This document shows, piece after piece, positions 1-9,354 of a DNA stretch of 64,000 nt (positions within the stretch are counted from its first letter, which is position 1; the number at the start of each line of letters is the position of its first letter). The stretch is from assembly GCA_965248195.1 (NCBI GenBank), contig CBDFIQ010000001.1, forward strand, positions 992,001 through 1,056,000. Reading direction: 5' to 3'. The position numbers and the translations under genes are program-made. This DNA is from Longimicrobiales bacterium (GTDB lineage Bacteria > Gemmatimonadota > Gemmatimonadetes > Longimicrobiales > Gaopeijiaceae). The notes beneath the pieces were generated by a model. The model was not told where the DNA came from and made no database searches. It saw nothing but the letters and a program-made list of their open reading frames with translations.

Positions 1-635
1 CCCGCGGTCGTTGTGACCTCGGCGCCTGCCTTTATTTGGCGGACACCGGAGACAACGACGAGCGCAGGGACATGATCTCTCTTTACCGGCTGGCCGAGCC
101 CGAGGGTGAGGGTGACCGGAAGGTGGATGCGGAGCGGTACCGGATGGTGCTGCCTGACGGACCTCGTGATATCGAGGCCATGTACGTCCTGCCCACCGAG
201 CAGATCTTCTTCGTCACGAAGGGAAGGAATCATCCGGTCACGATCTATCGGTATCCGCCACCCCTCCGCTCTGAGGACGTGGTTGCGTTGGTCGAAGTCC
301 AACGCCTTACGACCGGTCCGGCGAGCCGCCCCCGGATGGTTACCGGTGCCTCGGCTACGCTCGACGGAGGCAGTGTGGCCATCCGCACCTATGAGACCCT
401 CGAGTTTTTCACCGTCACCGGAGGAGAGCGACTCCTCGCGAGCGATATGGGCCGCGTCGATCTCCGAGCGCTCGGAGAAGCCCAGGGGGAGGGAGTTGGG
501 TTCGGTGCCAACGGTACCGTCGTCCTGACCTCGGAGTCCGCCCCCGGGATTCGCCCCTCCCTCACATTCCTGAGTTGCAACCTGAACCCAACCGCACTCG
601 ACCAGCCCGAGCCGACGCAAGGTCCGCCAGCCTGA
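1..635 (+). CDS. Hypothetical protein, probably secreted beta-propeller-like; 5' end outside window
   Basis: Frame open from position 3 (RGRCDLGACLYLADTGDN); ADTGDN, DIEAM and QGEG motifs; stop at 635. Confidence 0.6.
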   Translation, partial: RGRCDLGACLYLADTGDNDERRDMISLYRLAEPEGEGDRKVDAERYRMVLPDGPRDIEAMYVLPTEQIFFVTKGRNHPVTIYRYPPPLRSEDVVALVEVQRLTTGPASRPRMVTGASATLDGGSVAIRTYETLEFFTVTGGERLLASDMGRVDLRALGEAQGEGVGFGANGTVVLTSESAPGIRPSLTFLSCNLNPTALDQPEPTQGPPA

Positions 636-727
636 GCTGAGGTGAAGTCCACAGCAGGGTCATGGGCCCTCCACACTTGAACTGATGCGGAACCTGTCAA
701 CGACAATGGGACACTCTACGGGATTAA

Positions 728-1735
728 TTAGAGAGCAATATCCTGTGTGGTGAGGGAAGGGATGGGAGGATTGATGTAGACGGCCTCCGGGAGCGGTTTG
801 GGCTTCGGCACACCTGTGACGAAGCGTTCGGGATGAGCGGCCCATGCTTCGCGGAGCACGGATTTCCTGCCGGCAATGACCTGATCGGCGTTCCCGAAGT
901 GGACCTGCTCGGGGGTTAGCATCGAGATACCGCCATGGCGGTGCTCGGCATTGTACCAGCGGAAGAACGATCGACACAACGTCTTGGCCTGGCCCTGATC
1001 CCCGAACCGCCCGGGAAACGAGGGATGGTACTTCAAGGTTTTGAACTGAGCCTCGGAAAACGGGTTGTCATCCGACACCTGAGGCCGGCTCAACGAGCGA
1101 GTCACGCCGAGGTCAGCGAGAAGTTGAGCGGTGCATTGGCTCGTCATTGGAGCTCCCCGATCCGAGTGCAGGGTCAGGACCCGGGGCTGGACGCCATGCT
1201 TCAGGCAGCTCTGCTGGATCAACCGGCCGGCCAGGGCCGAGTTCTCCCGGTCCGCCACCATCCAGCCCACGACGTAGCGGCTGTAGATGTCCATGATGAC
1301 GTAGAGGTAGTAATAGCTCCACTTCTTCGGCCCGAGTAGCCGCGTGATATCCCAGGACCACACCTGGTTCGGCGCCGTGGCCATCAACTCGGGCTTCTTG
1401 TACTCGGGATGGGTGCGCTGCGCCCGGCGTTCCTGAACCGGCACCTCGGAGGCCAGAACACGATACATCGTGCGTTCGCTGCACAGGTAGACCTCTTCGT
1501 CGAGCAGCGTGGCCACCACCTCGGCGGGTGAGCGGTCCACGAACCGCTCCGAACACAGCGTGTCGAAGACCTCGCCTCGTTCCGTCTCGCTCAATGCCCG
1601 GGCGGGCGTCGGGCGGGGCTGCCGTTGCCCGGTCGATGGGCCTCGACGACGGTAGAACGTCGATCGGGAGACCTCGAGAGCCGCGCACGCCGGTTTTACA
1701 CCGACGTGCTTAGCCAGCTCATCGGCCGCCTTCAA
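728..1735 (-). CDS. IS3-family transposase OrfB (DDE integrase core)
   Basis: PNQVWSWDIT, LHSDRG, DNPFSEAQFKTLK motifs; TTG start overlaps orfA TGA. Confidence 0.92.
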   Translation of the reverse strand: MKAADELAKHVGVKPACAALEVSRSTFYRRRGPSTGQRQPRPTPARALSETERGEVFDTLCSERFVDRSPAEVVATLLDEEVYLCSERTMYRVLASEVPVQERRAQRTHPEYKKPELMATAPNQVWSWDITRLLGPKKWSYYYLYVIMDIYSRYVVGWMVADRENSALAGRLIQQSCLKHGVQPRVLTLHSDRGAPMTSQCTAQLLADLGVTRSLSRPQVSDDNPFSEAQFKTLKYHPSFPGRFGDQGQAKTLCRSFFRWYNAEHRHGGISMLTPEQVHFGNADQVIAGRKSVLREAWAAHPERFVTGVPKPKPLPEAVYINPPIPSLTTQDIAL

Positions 1736-2181
1736 GAGTTCGTCCCGTCGTCGAGGCTTATCCCCAGCAGCCCCGCAACTTTTCCCTGCACGTCGATGAT
1801 CAGGTGTGCCTTCCTGAGCTCATTCTCGAGCCGTGCGTTTTGCCGCTCCAGCTTGCGTACCTTCTCATCCAGCGGATTCCGCTCCGGCTTGCGGCCGCGT
1901 TTCTTCGACAGGGCCTTCAGCGACCCGCTATGCGCCGCCTTGCGCCACGTCGTCAGGTGCGACGAGTACAGGCCCTCGCGCCGCAGGAGCTGACCCACCT
2001 CGCCGGGCTCGGTGCACCGGTCCGCTTCTTCGACGATCCGCAGCTTGTACGATGGACTGAACCGCCGGCGTAGCGGCCTATCTACTACCTCCGGGTCCGC
2101 AGGAGCTGCCGCGCTTCGCTTGGCCTCCCCGATTCCAGGGGCACTACCATTCTCTTCCATTCTCTCTCGCAGTCCCAACAT
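1732..2181 (-). CDS. IS3-family transposase OrfA (HTH plus coiled coil)
   Basis: RRRFSPSYKLRIVEEA...LLRREGLYSSHLTTWR; C-terminal coiled coil. Confidence 0.88.
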   Translation of the reverse strand: MLGLRERMEENGSAPGIGEAKRSAAAPADPEVVDRPLRRRFSPSYKLRIVEEADRCTEPGEVGQLLRREGLYSSHLTTWRKAAHSGSLKALSKKRGRKPERNPLDEKVRKLERQNARLENELRKAHLIIDVQGKVAGLLGISLDDGTNS

Positions 2182-2274
2182 GTTCGTTTTCTCTGCCTTC
2201 GCCCTACTCTAATTCTTTGCGTGCTCCGTGTCTCACGTACGTTGGCAGAGAGGGATGGGACCACTGGGGTAATA

Positions 2275-2293
2275 TAGTTGTATCTTACAACTA
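2275..2293. promoter_or_regulatory. Palindromic operator upstream of arsM
   Basis: Perfect 8-3-8 inverted repeat TAGTTGTA-TCT-TACAACTA, adjoining a TAATAT -10-like hexamer (2270-2275). Confidence 0.65.
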
Positions 2294-2307
2294 CAGAGGG
2301 CACAACC

Positions 2308-3075
2308 GTGAAAAAAGATGCCATTCGTGAGGCCGTTCGCGACCGTTATGGCCGCATCGCCGCAGACGCGGAAGAGGGCTGTTGCGGGACCTCCTGCTGC
2401 GGGGGTACGAGCAAGACATCCGTTTCAACGACCGTCGGATACGACGAAGAGCAGTTAGGACGGGTCCCCGAGGGAGCCGACCTCGGGTTGGGATCGGGCA
2501 ATCCCGTCGCACACGCCGACCTCCGGGAGGGGGAGACGGTCCTGGACCTCGGCTCCGGGGGAGGGATCGACAGCTTTCTGGCTTCCGACAAGGTGGGGCT
2601 TTCGGGGAAGGTGATCGGCGTGGACATGACCCCCGAGATGCTCACGCGGGACCGCGCCAATGCCCGGAAGGGCGGATACGCGAACGTGGATTTCCGCCTC
2701 GGGGAGATCGAGTCGCTGCCCGTAGGCGACGCCACGGTAGACGTGATCATCTCGAACTGCGTGCTGAACCTCTCTCCCGAGCGGGATCGTGTCCTGGCCG
2801 AGGCGCTGCGGGTGCTCAAGCCGGGCGGCCGGCTGGTGATCTCCGACCTCGTGTGCGACGTGCCGATCCCGGCACAGCTCCGGGAAGAAGCCGAGGCGGT
2901 CACCGCGTGCCTGCCGGTGGAACGGGACGACTACGTGAGCCAACTCCGCACGGCGGGGTTCGTCGACGTAAAGATCACGGCCGGTCAGCCTTATCCCCGC
3001 GAGGCGCTGTCCTCGGTGGAGGCCTTCGCGGACTCGGTGAGGGGAGCGATCATCGAGGGACGGCGGGCGGACTGA
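2308..3075 (+). CDS. arsM: Arsenite methyltransferase-like SAM-dependent methyltransferase
   Basis: N-terminal CC..CC, GADLGLGSGNP, VLDLGSGGGID, GVDMTPEM, DVIISNCVLNL; GTG start after GAGGG. Confidence 0.8.
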   Translation: MKKDAIREAVRDRYGRIAADAEEGCCGTSCCGGTSKTSVSTTVGYDEEQLGRVPEGADLGLGSGNPVAHADLREGETVLDLGSGGGIDSFLASDKVGLSGKVIGVDMTPEMLTRDRANARKGGYANVDFRLGEIESLPVGDATVDVIISNCVLNLSPERDRVLAEALRVLKPGGRLVISDLVCDVPIPAQLREEAEAVTACLPVERDDYVSQLRTAGFVDVKITAGQPYPREALSSVEAFADSVRGAIIEGRRAD

Positions 3076-3255
3076 GGGAGTGACCCCCGAGCAGGGCGGG
3101 GTCCCCTTGGTCCTAGGCGGGGTCCAGGGACTGGACGGGCGAGCTTCCGCGCCCGATGTTGACCCTCAGCAAGTGTCGGCTCGCCAGCATCGGCGTGCCG
3201 GCCGGGGCGATGCCCCGTATCCACCGATGGACACCGCCGGAGATTGGAGAGTCGA

Positions 3256-3984
3256 ATGAAGCCTTCCGTTACCTCACGTCTTTGTGTGCTCGCAGCCCTC
3301 CTCCTCGCGACAGGCCCCGCCTTGCTCTCGGGGCAGGTCGCCGATCCCGACGCCACTCGCTTTGCCGAGAGGATTGATGAGTTCACGGCCCATGACGCCA
3401 AGAACAGCTTTCCCGCCGACGCCACGGTCTTCGTCGGCAGCTCGAGCATCGTGCGCTGGGACACGGGAGACCGTTTTCGTGGGATGCCGCTCCTCAACCG
3501 CGGCTTCGGCGGCTCCCAGATGTCGGACCTGGTTCATTACGTCGAGGAGACCGTCCTCCGGTACTCCCCGAGGACCGTCGTCGTCTATGAGGGCGACAAC
3601 GACACGAGCGCCGGAAAACGGAGTCAGCAGCTCCTGGAGGACTACAAAGAGTTCGTCGAGGCGGTACTCGCGGCCCAGCCGTCCACACGCGTCGTCATAC
3701 TCTCGATCAAACCCAGTCTGGCGCGTTGGGATGTGTGGCGCGATATGCAGGATTCGAATGCCGCCATCGAGGCGTACGCCCAAGGGGACACTCGTGTCGA
3801 CTTCGTCGACGTCGGCACAGCCATGCTCGGGGCGGATGGTCTGCCGATTCCCGAGCTCTTCGTCAGCGATGGGCTACACATGACTGCGGCCGGATACGAC
3901 GTCTGGGACGAGATCGTCATGGAGGCTTTGATGCCGGGGCATATGCACGGGGCTCATATGGCGGGCCATGGAGGCGGCCACTAG
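3256..3984 (+). CDS. Secreted SGNH/GDSL hydrolase
   Basis: Signal peptide; FVGSSSI, NRGFGGS, YEGDND, DGLH blocks; His-rich tail. Confidence 0.88.
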   Translation: MKPSVTSRLCVLAALLLATGPALLSGQVADPDATRFAERIDEFTAHDAKNSFPADATVFVGSSSIVRWDTGDRFRGMPLLNRGFGGSQMSDLVHYVEETVLRYSPRTVVVYEGDNDTSAGKRSQQLLEDYKEFVEAVLAAQPSTRVVILSIKPSLARWDVWRDMQDSNAAIEAYAQGDTRVDFVDVGTAMLGADGLPIPELFVSDGLHMTAAGYDVWDEIVMEALMPGHMHGAHMAGHGGGH

Positions 3985-4613
3985 GCACCTCTGGTCTCGG
4001 ATCCCAAGTAGCGCAAGAAAATCGAGCCGAGCTCGTTCGCTAAATGTTGGTCCTCGATGCCATCGGGGCGGTTTCCCCAAGCGAAGATGAATCGGCTCCT
4101 GAGCGTGGCGAACACCTGTAGGGTGGCGAGTCGGATGGCCTCCTCCGGTTCGTCGTGGGTGAACTCACGGGCCCGAGGCAACAGAAGCCGAGTCAGATGA
4201 TCCGCGACCGTGTTGTCCAACTCGGCGGTCTGCTCCAGGAGATCGTACCCCTCATACGTCATCGCGTGGATCAGGAAGGCACGGAGCAACGCCCCGTGCG
4301 CCCGCATCCATACAACCGCCATTCGGGTGAACTGCATCACGATCTCTTTGGGACCGGCCGCCTCCCATCGCGGCGGCGAGAGCACCCCGGCCCAGCCCTC
4401 TTCAGCGTCGGACCGAAATCGGATGGCCAGGTAGGCGAGTAGCGCGTCCCTTCCGTCGAAGCGTGCGTAGAACGTGCCCGAGCCGACTCCGGAGCGCAGA
4501 AGGATGCCCTGCACCGTCGCGCCGTCGAGGCCGGACTCTGCAATGAGATCGTGGGCGGCGGCGATCATGCGTTCGAACGAAGCGCGGCTTCGGGGCTGCT
4601 GGGGAAGTCGCAC
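3981..4613 (-). CDS. TetR/AcrR-family regulator
   Basis: PQQPRSRASFERMIAAA...GVGSGTFYARF HTH. Confidence 0.88.
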   Translation of the reverse strand: MRLPQQPRSRASFERMIAAAHDLIAESGLDGATVQGILLRSGVGSGTFYARFDGRDALLAYLAIRFRSDAEEGWAGVLSPPRWEAAGPKEIVMQFTRMAVVWMRAHGALLRAFLIHAMTYEGYDLLEQTAELDNTVADHLTRLLLPRAREFTHDEPEEAIRLATLQVFATLRSRFIFAWGNRPDGIEDQHLANELGSIFLRYLGSETRGA

Positions 4614-4680
4614 GCCCGGCGGGGGAGCCGTCTCGTCGGGCCGGGAGGAGGTCTTCGTCTGAGGTCTCTCCGGGAGAGGC

Positions 4681-4712
4681 TATATTGTAATTTGAATGCC
4701 AATTCCAATATA
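4681..4712. promoter_or_regulatory. AT-rich promoter/operator upstream of the first TetR
   Basis: TATATTG...CAATATA enclosing GAAT-GCCA-ATTC (4694-4705). Confidence 0.5.
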
Positions 4713-4749
4713 GAGCGCAAAGGAGCTACTTCGCAAGGGTTTGGGGATC

Positions 4750-5394
4750 TCAACTCCAGATGTCGAAGAACTCCACGCTCTCCCCAGCCGGGGAAGACGA
4801 CGGTCGATCTCCCACGAGGTGCGCGACCAGGGCGATGCACAGATCCTCGAGGAACACCGGCTCAAAGAGGCGGGCCGAAGTTTCCAGCGTTCGGCAAACC
4901 GTCTCCACGGCCAACTCAGGGTCGGAGTGAACGATCGCATCGCGCTTTTCCAGGAGTAGACGCGCAGAGTCCTTCCGCACTCGCGCCCGAATCCGCAGCG
5001 CCGCGACCGAGGGGCCGGCCCCGGGCCCACGTAGCGCCCGGCCGATCGCATCCCTGGCGCCCCGGTGCACGAGGTCCATATCGGCATAGAGGCTCGCTAA
5101 ACCCCGCACCAACTGATCTATGGGGCGGTCGAGCAAGCCCTCGGCCGTGGCGTCGGACCATCGCTGCTCCACCGTCTCCCAGATGCGTTCATCCAGGTAG
5201 ACGAGGAGATCCGTTTTGCCGGCGAAGCGAGCGTAGAAGGAGCCGACCGACGATCCCGCTCGCCTGACGATGGCCCCAACCGTCGTGCCCTCCACGCCGT
5301 CTTGCGCGATCAGCTCCAGAGCGGCGCGTGCGATCCGCTGCAGGGTCCGGCGACTCCGGTGTTGCTTCGGCGGTCGAGCGGCGACCTCTTCCAT
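4750..5394 (-). CDS. TetR/AcrR-family regulator
   Basis: PKQHRSRRTLQRIARAA...GSSVGSFYARF HTH. Confidence 0.88.
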   Translation of the reverse strand: MEEVAARPPKQHRSRRTLQRIARAALELIAQDGVEGTTVGAIVRRAGSSVGSFYARFAGKTDLLVYLDERIWETVEQRWSDATAEGLLDRPIDQLVRGLASLYADMDLVHRGARDAIGRALRGPGAGPSVAALRIRARVRKDSARLLLEKRDAIVHSDPELAVETVCRTLETSARLFEPVFLEDLCIALVAHLVGDRPSSSPAGESVEFFDIWS

Positions 5395-5452
5395 TACATC
5401 CTACTGCGGGGCGCCGTTATCGGAAACGGGCGCTTGGGCAAGGACGTATTAA

Positions 5453-5470
5453 TTAGAACAGACGTTCTAA
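5453..5470. promoter_or_regulatory. Palindromic operator upstream of the second TetR
   Basis: TTAGAAC-AGAC-GTTCTAA 7-4-7 inverted repeat. Confidence 0.55.
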
Positions 5471-5613
5471 ATAACCTCACGGCAGGCCGGTCGGCAAGTG
5501 GCCGAATTCGAGTGGGGGTCGCGTGGAGTGGGCTCGGTTCGCATCTTGGAGGCGCGTCAAGAGTGCGTGACGCCAAAACGTCCCTAATGCTCCGTGATGA
5601 GTGAGGATGTGAC

Positions 5614-6144
5614 ATGACCGATCTCAGGTATCCCATTGGCCCGTTCAAGGACCACGCGAAGGACCATACCACGGCTGATGAAAAGGCGGCCCTCATGGAC
5701 GCGATCGAAGCCGCCCCGGCCCGGCTACGCGCAGCGGTGGCGGGGCTCGATGATGCCCATTTGGACACCCCGTATCGGGAGGACGGCTGGACGGTGCGGC
5801 AGGTGGTTCACCACGTGGTCGACAGCCACGTCAACGCCTACGTGCGCTTCCGTTGGGCGCTCACGGAGGACGGACCCGCGATCAAGCCGTACGAGGAAAA
5901 GGATTGGGCTCGCCTACCGGATGCGAGGACCGCGCCGGTGGCCGTGTCGCTCGATCTGCTGGATGCGCTCCATACCCGCTGGCTCATCCTTCTCCGGGCG
6001 ATGGCCCCCGAGGAATTCGAGCGCCGATGGAGCAGTCCCGACTTCGGGGATTTGAGTGTGGATGTGCTGCTTCAGATCTATGGGTGGCACGGGAAGCACC
6101 ATGTGGCGCACATCACGGCGCTCAGGGAAAGGGAGGGGTGGTAG
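5614..6144 (+). CDS. yfiT: YfiT-family bacillithiol transferase-like protein (DinB superfamily)
   Basis: DLRYPIG, LDTPYREDGWTVRQVVHHVVDSH, YGWHGKHHVAHI. Confidence 0.88.
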   Translation: MTDLRYPIGPFKDHAKDHTTADEKAALMDAIEAAPARLRAAVAGLDDAHLDTPYREDGWTVRQVVHHVVDSHVNAYVRFRWALTEDGPAIKPYEEKDWARLPDARTAPVAVSLDLLDALHTRWLILLRAMAPEEFERRWSSPDFGDLSVDVLLQIYGWHGKHHVAHITALREREGW

Positions 6145-6284
6145 GGGGGGCTGGCCCTCACCGACCCACCCGGCAGCACCGGGTTTTGCTGGATAGTTCC
6201 TCGGGCGATGATAGGACGATGATGGCGGCCGGCTATGGTGGTCGGCTCAAGGTCCTTGATGTCACGCCTACTGGAGGAAGGTTC

Positions 6285-7223
6285 ATGAGAGCCCAGCCTG
6301 CGCAACCCCTTCCACTTTCCCTCTTCACCCCACCCTACAACCGACTTAAACCACTGCGCTGGGATGACCGTCGGTTCGCCCAACCCAGTAGCCCCGGCAC
6401 AGGCTTAGTGTGGCAACTCGGGTTTGGAAGCTGGAGCGGTGTATTCAAGGTCGTCCGCCGTCGTCCACCCGGGATGGCTCTTATCGTCATCCTACCGTCG
6501 ACGGTAGATCTCGACTCGGAGCCGCAGCTGCTACGCGTCGTGGAAGCGTGTCGCCCCCACAGCATCTTGCCTTTCCATCATGAGCCACACGTCGACGATC
6601 TCACCGCGCTCCTCAGGCGAGAGCCTGAGGACCTCTCGGTGGAAATCATGGACTATCTGCAATGGCGCGGTATCAATGTGGACATCGAGGTCCGGCGGCT
6701 AATCCGAAAAACCATCGACCTTTCCTCAGAGTTACGCAGCGTTACTGCGCTCGCTCGATCTCTCTACCTCTCAAGACGAGCTCTTGGACGGCGGTTCCTA
6801 ACAAACGGCCTGCCCGTGCCCTCACACTGGCTCCATTTTGGTCGGGTGTTACGAGCTTCCCTGAGCCTTCAAAGTTCGGACATGACTTTGGCAGAGGCCG
6901 CTAGCCGATTCGGATATCCCGACGGCTTCGCATTGTCGAACCAAATGCAGCACCTCGTAGGGGTGCGCCCCTCCGATGCGCGGCGGTACCTCGGATGGGA
7001 TTGGCTCGTCGAGGCATGGATTCACACGGAGGCCGCCAGCGGTGGCTTCTCAAGCCACATGTGGGGTACATTGACCAAGGACTTCGGCCTAGCCCCGCTT
7101 CGGCGGGCCGCGGTTGACTCTGAAGCTGACTCCGAAGAAGAGAAAGAAACCGGAATTTCGAGCGGCCCTCCCCCCCGGCCCCGTAAGAAAGAGCGGTCCC
7201 CGGTTGTAAGAGACCAGGCGTAA
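6285..7223 (+). CDS. AraC-family HTH regulator
   Basis: LARSLYLSRRALGRRF and AASRFGYPDGFALSNQM helices; GGAGG RBS before ATG 6285. Confidence 0.75.
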   Translation: MRAQPAQPLPLSLFTPPYNRLKPLRWDDRRFAQPSSPGTGLVWQLGFGSWSGVFKVVRRRPPGMALIVILPSTVDLDSEPQLLRVVEACRPHSILPFHHEPHVDDLTALLRREPEDLSVEIMDYLQWRGINVDIEVRRLIRKTIDLSSELRSVTALARSLYLSRRALGRRFLTNGLPVPSHWLHFGRVLRASLSLQSSDMTLAEAASRFGYPDGFALSNQMQHLVGVRPSDARRYLGWDWLVEAWIHTEAASGGFSSHMWGTLTKDFGLAPLRRAAVDSEADSEEEKETGISSGPPPRPRKKERSPVVRDQA

Positions 7224-7256
7224 AAAACCCGATATCTCGCGAAAGAGTCGATCCAA

Positions 7257-7461
7257 GTGAGCGCTCACACGAACACTGACGATCCCCTGAGTATCGAGGT
7301 GCGTCTCTTCGGTGGCCCAATTGTTCTCGTCGAGGGCGAAGCGATCAGGCTATCAAGGTATCAATCGTACCTCGTTGGTCTCGTTTTCGGACACGCAGAG
7401 GAGGGAATCTCGCGTTCTCGATTGATCGAATACTTGTGGGATGAGCCGGACGGGGCTCCCC
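7257..7461 (+). pseudogene. N-terminal fragment of a SARP/BTAD-type regulator, truncated by IS256
   Basis: VRLFGGPIV...ISRSRLIEYLWDE winged-helix start; frame runs into IS256 at 7462. Confidence 0.65.
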
Positions 7462-8837
7462 GGTCAAGTCCCGATTTGTGTGTAAAAGCGGAGGAAGCTC
7501 CTCGCCTTCGGCTAGGCTGCTTGGGCGACCTCCTGTTTCTGGAGGAGTGAGAGGTCGAGGTAACGCCGGTCGCCCCAGACGTGTGTGGTCCTGAGTGCGA
7601 CGGCCGTGATGAGCCTGAGGGCGCTGGCCCGGTCCGGGAAGGCGCCGGCGGCCTTGATCCTGCGTTTGATCTCGCCGTGCAGCCGCTCGAGGCTGTTGGT
7701 GGTACGCAGCCGGGGCCAGTGCGCCTCGGGGAACGCGTAGAACTGCGTCGCTGCCCCGAAGCCCCGCTCCAGGACCTCCACGGCCTCGGGCAGCTCCTTC
7801 TTCCAGCGTGCGCCGAACTCGCCCAGGAGCTTCTTCGCCTCGGCGAGTCCGGATGTCTGGAAGATCACCGAGACCTCACGCGCCACGCGCTTGCGTAGGC
7901 GGTGGGGGACCCTCGCCCCCACATTACGCTGCAGATGGACCGTACACCTCTGACGGCGTGCCTCGGGCAGGAAGCGGCGGACCGCAGCTGCCAGGCCTGC
8001 GTGCTCATCGGCGATCACGAGCTCGACACCGCCGAGGCCGCGGTCCTGGAGTTGCTCGAGGAGCTCCGACCAGCTCTGCTGCGACTCCTCAGCGCCCAGC
8101 GTGACGGCCAGGAGCCGTCGGTGACCCTCAGGGCCCACTGCATACGCCACGAGCGCACTCACGTTCTCGACTTTGCGGGCCCAGCGGGCGTCCAAGAACG
8201 TGGCGTCCAGGTACAGATAGGGGTGAGGCCCCTCGATCGGCGCACGGCGCAGCCCTTCCACGGCCTCGTCGAGCCGTTTTGCCACACGACTCACCGTCGA
8301 GCGCCCAACACGCTCGCCCATCAGCGCCTCGGTGACGTCGCCCATCTTGCGCTGTGACACGCCGCTCACATACGCCTCGACCATCATCTCGTCGAGCTCG
8401 GGGCTCCTGCGCTGGTAGCGGCCGATCACGTCGGCCGGCGAACCGTTGTCCCGGCTCCGGGGCATGGCGACCTCGATCTGCCCCAGGCTCGTCAGCAGCC
8501 GCCTCAGGTATGTGCCGTTCCTATGGTCCTTCCGGCTTCCCACCCGCTCGAAGCGGCGTGCACCTACCATGGCCTTCAGCTCCTCTTCCAGCACCATCTC
8601 GAGCGTCAGCCGGATCGCGCCTTGAAACAGCTCGCGCAAATCATCGCGTAGCTCGTCTTGCGTGGCCCGACCGATCTCCACAATCTCTTGCATCGGAAGC
8701 TCCTCTCCGGTTCCGAGCCTGCTCTGCAGACCCGGACTCCCGGGTTCATGTGACAGTGAACAACAACAGAGGAGCTTCCGTTTTTCTTTCCCTCCTGTCC
8801 AGCTTATCCGCTTTTACACAAATCTAGGGACACTACC
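7462..8837 (-). mobile_element. IS256-family element, copy 1 (1376 bp)
   Basis: Ends GGTCAAGTCCCGATTTG and CTAGGGACACTACC; flanks GGCTCCCC and GTTCGAGA do not form a TSD. Confidence 0.95.
7512..8693 (-). CDS. IS256-family (Mutator-like) transposase
   Basis: RNGTYLR, YLYLDAT, QRCTVH, LRTTNSLERLHGEIKRR. Confidence 0.95.
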   Translation of the reverse strand: MQEIVEIGRATQDELRDDLRELFQGAIRLTLEMVLEEELKAMVGARRFERVGSRKDHRNGTYLRRLLTSLGQIEVAMPRSRDNGSPADVIGRYQRRSPELDEMMVEAYVSGVSQRKMGDVTEALMGERVGRSTVSRVAKRLDEAVEGLRRAPIEGPHPYLYLDATFLDARWARKVENVSALVAYAVGPEGHRRLLAVTLGAEESQQSWSELLEQLQDRGLGGVELVIADEHAGLAAAVRRFLPEARRQRCTVHLQRNVGARVPHRLRKRVAREVSVIFQTSGLAEAKKLLGEFGARWKKELPEAVEVLERGFGAATQFYAFPEAHWPRLRTTNSLERLHGEIKRRIKAAGAFPDRASALRLITAVALRTTHVWGDRRYLDLSLLQKQEVAQAA

Positions 8838-9354
8838 GTTCGAGATGGTTGGACCTGCCAATGTCGAGAGGATTGGTCGCGATCTGTTCACCTCTCGTAA
8901 CGGCGCTGCCCACGTCCAGGCCGGCCAAGAGGGAGATGTGCTCGTACAAGAAGACCCACCCCTCACCTTCCGGCGCGTCCGTGCTCAAGAGAAGACGGAC
9001 GGCGTCTCCGGGGAACCCGTCGGTGGCCGCGGCGACTGAGACGATTACGCCATCGCCGACTGCGTGGATCGCGGTGCCCTGGGCCGATACGAGGTCGATG
9101 CCTGGGTGGCCCACTTCGTCTAAGTCGAGAGAGCTTCTTACAATGCCGAACGGGTTCACGATGGCCCCTTCAAGCAGGGCTGCGGCGGGCACGGGAAGGG
9201 CGAGATCCACCGGCGGGAGCGTGTCGACTGGCGGCGGTCCTGCCGTATCGTCCAGGTCGGGACCGGTGAGGTCGCTCGGCGGCGAACCGTCACCCCCACC
9301 CCCGCACGCGAGAAACAGCACGGTCACTGTTGCGAGCGCGAGTGGGCGCTCCAT
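8838..9354 (-). pseudogene. M23 peptidase-like lipoprotein, C-terminally truncated by IS256
   Basis: Lipobox FLAC; HPGID, AVGDGVIV, YEHI, VTRGEQIA; breaks at NHLE. Confidence 0.75.

Larger units (their letters stand above)
688..2254 (-). mobile_element. IS3-like insertion sequence (orfA/orfB)
   Basis: Imperfect IRs TGTCAACGACAATGGGACAC (695-714) and GTGTCTCACGTACGTTGGCA (2228-2247), each extended outward by 7 bp; ATG direct repeat at 685-687 and 2255-2257. Confidence 0.85.

Noticed and set aside
5853..6284. N-terminal extension of the AraC ORF
   Set aside because: Overlaps yfiT; GGAGG-ATG at 6285 is the better start
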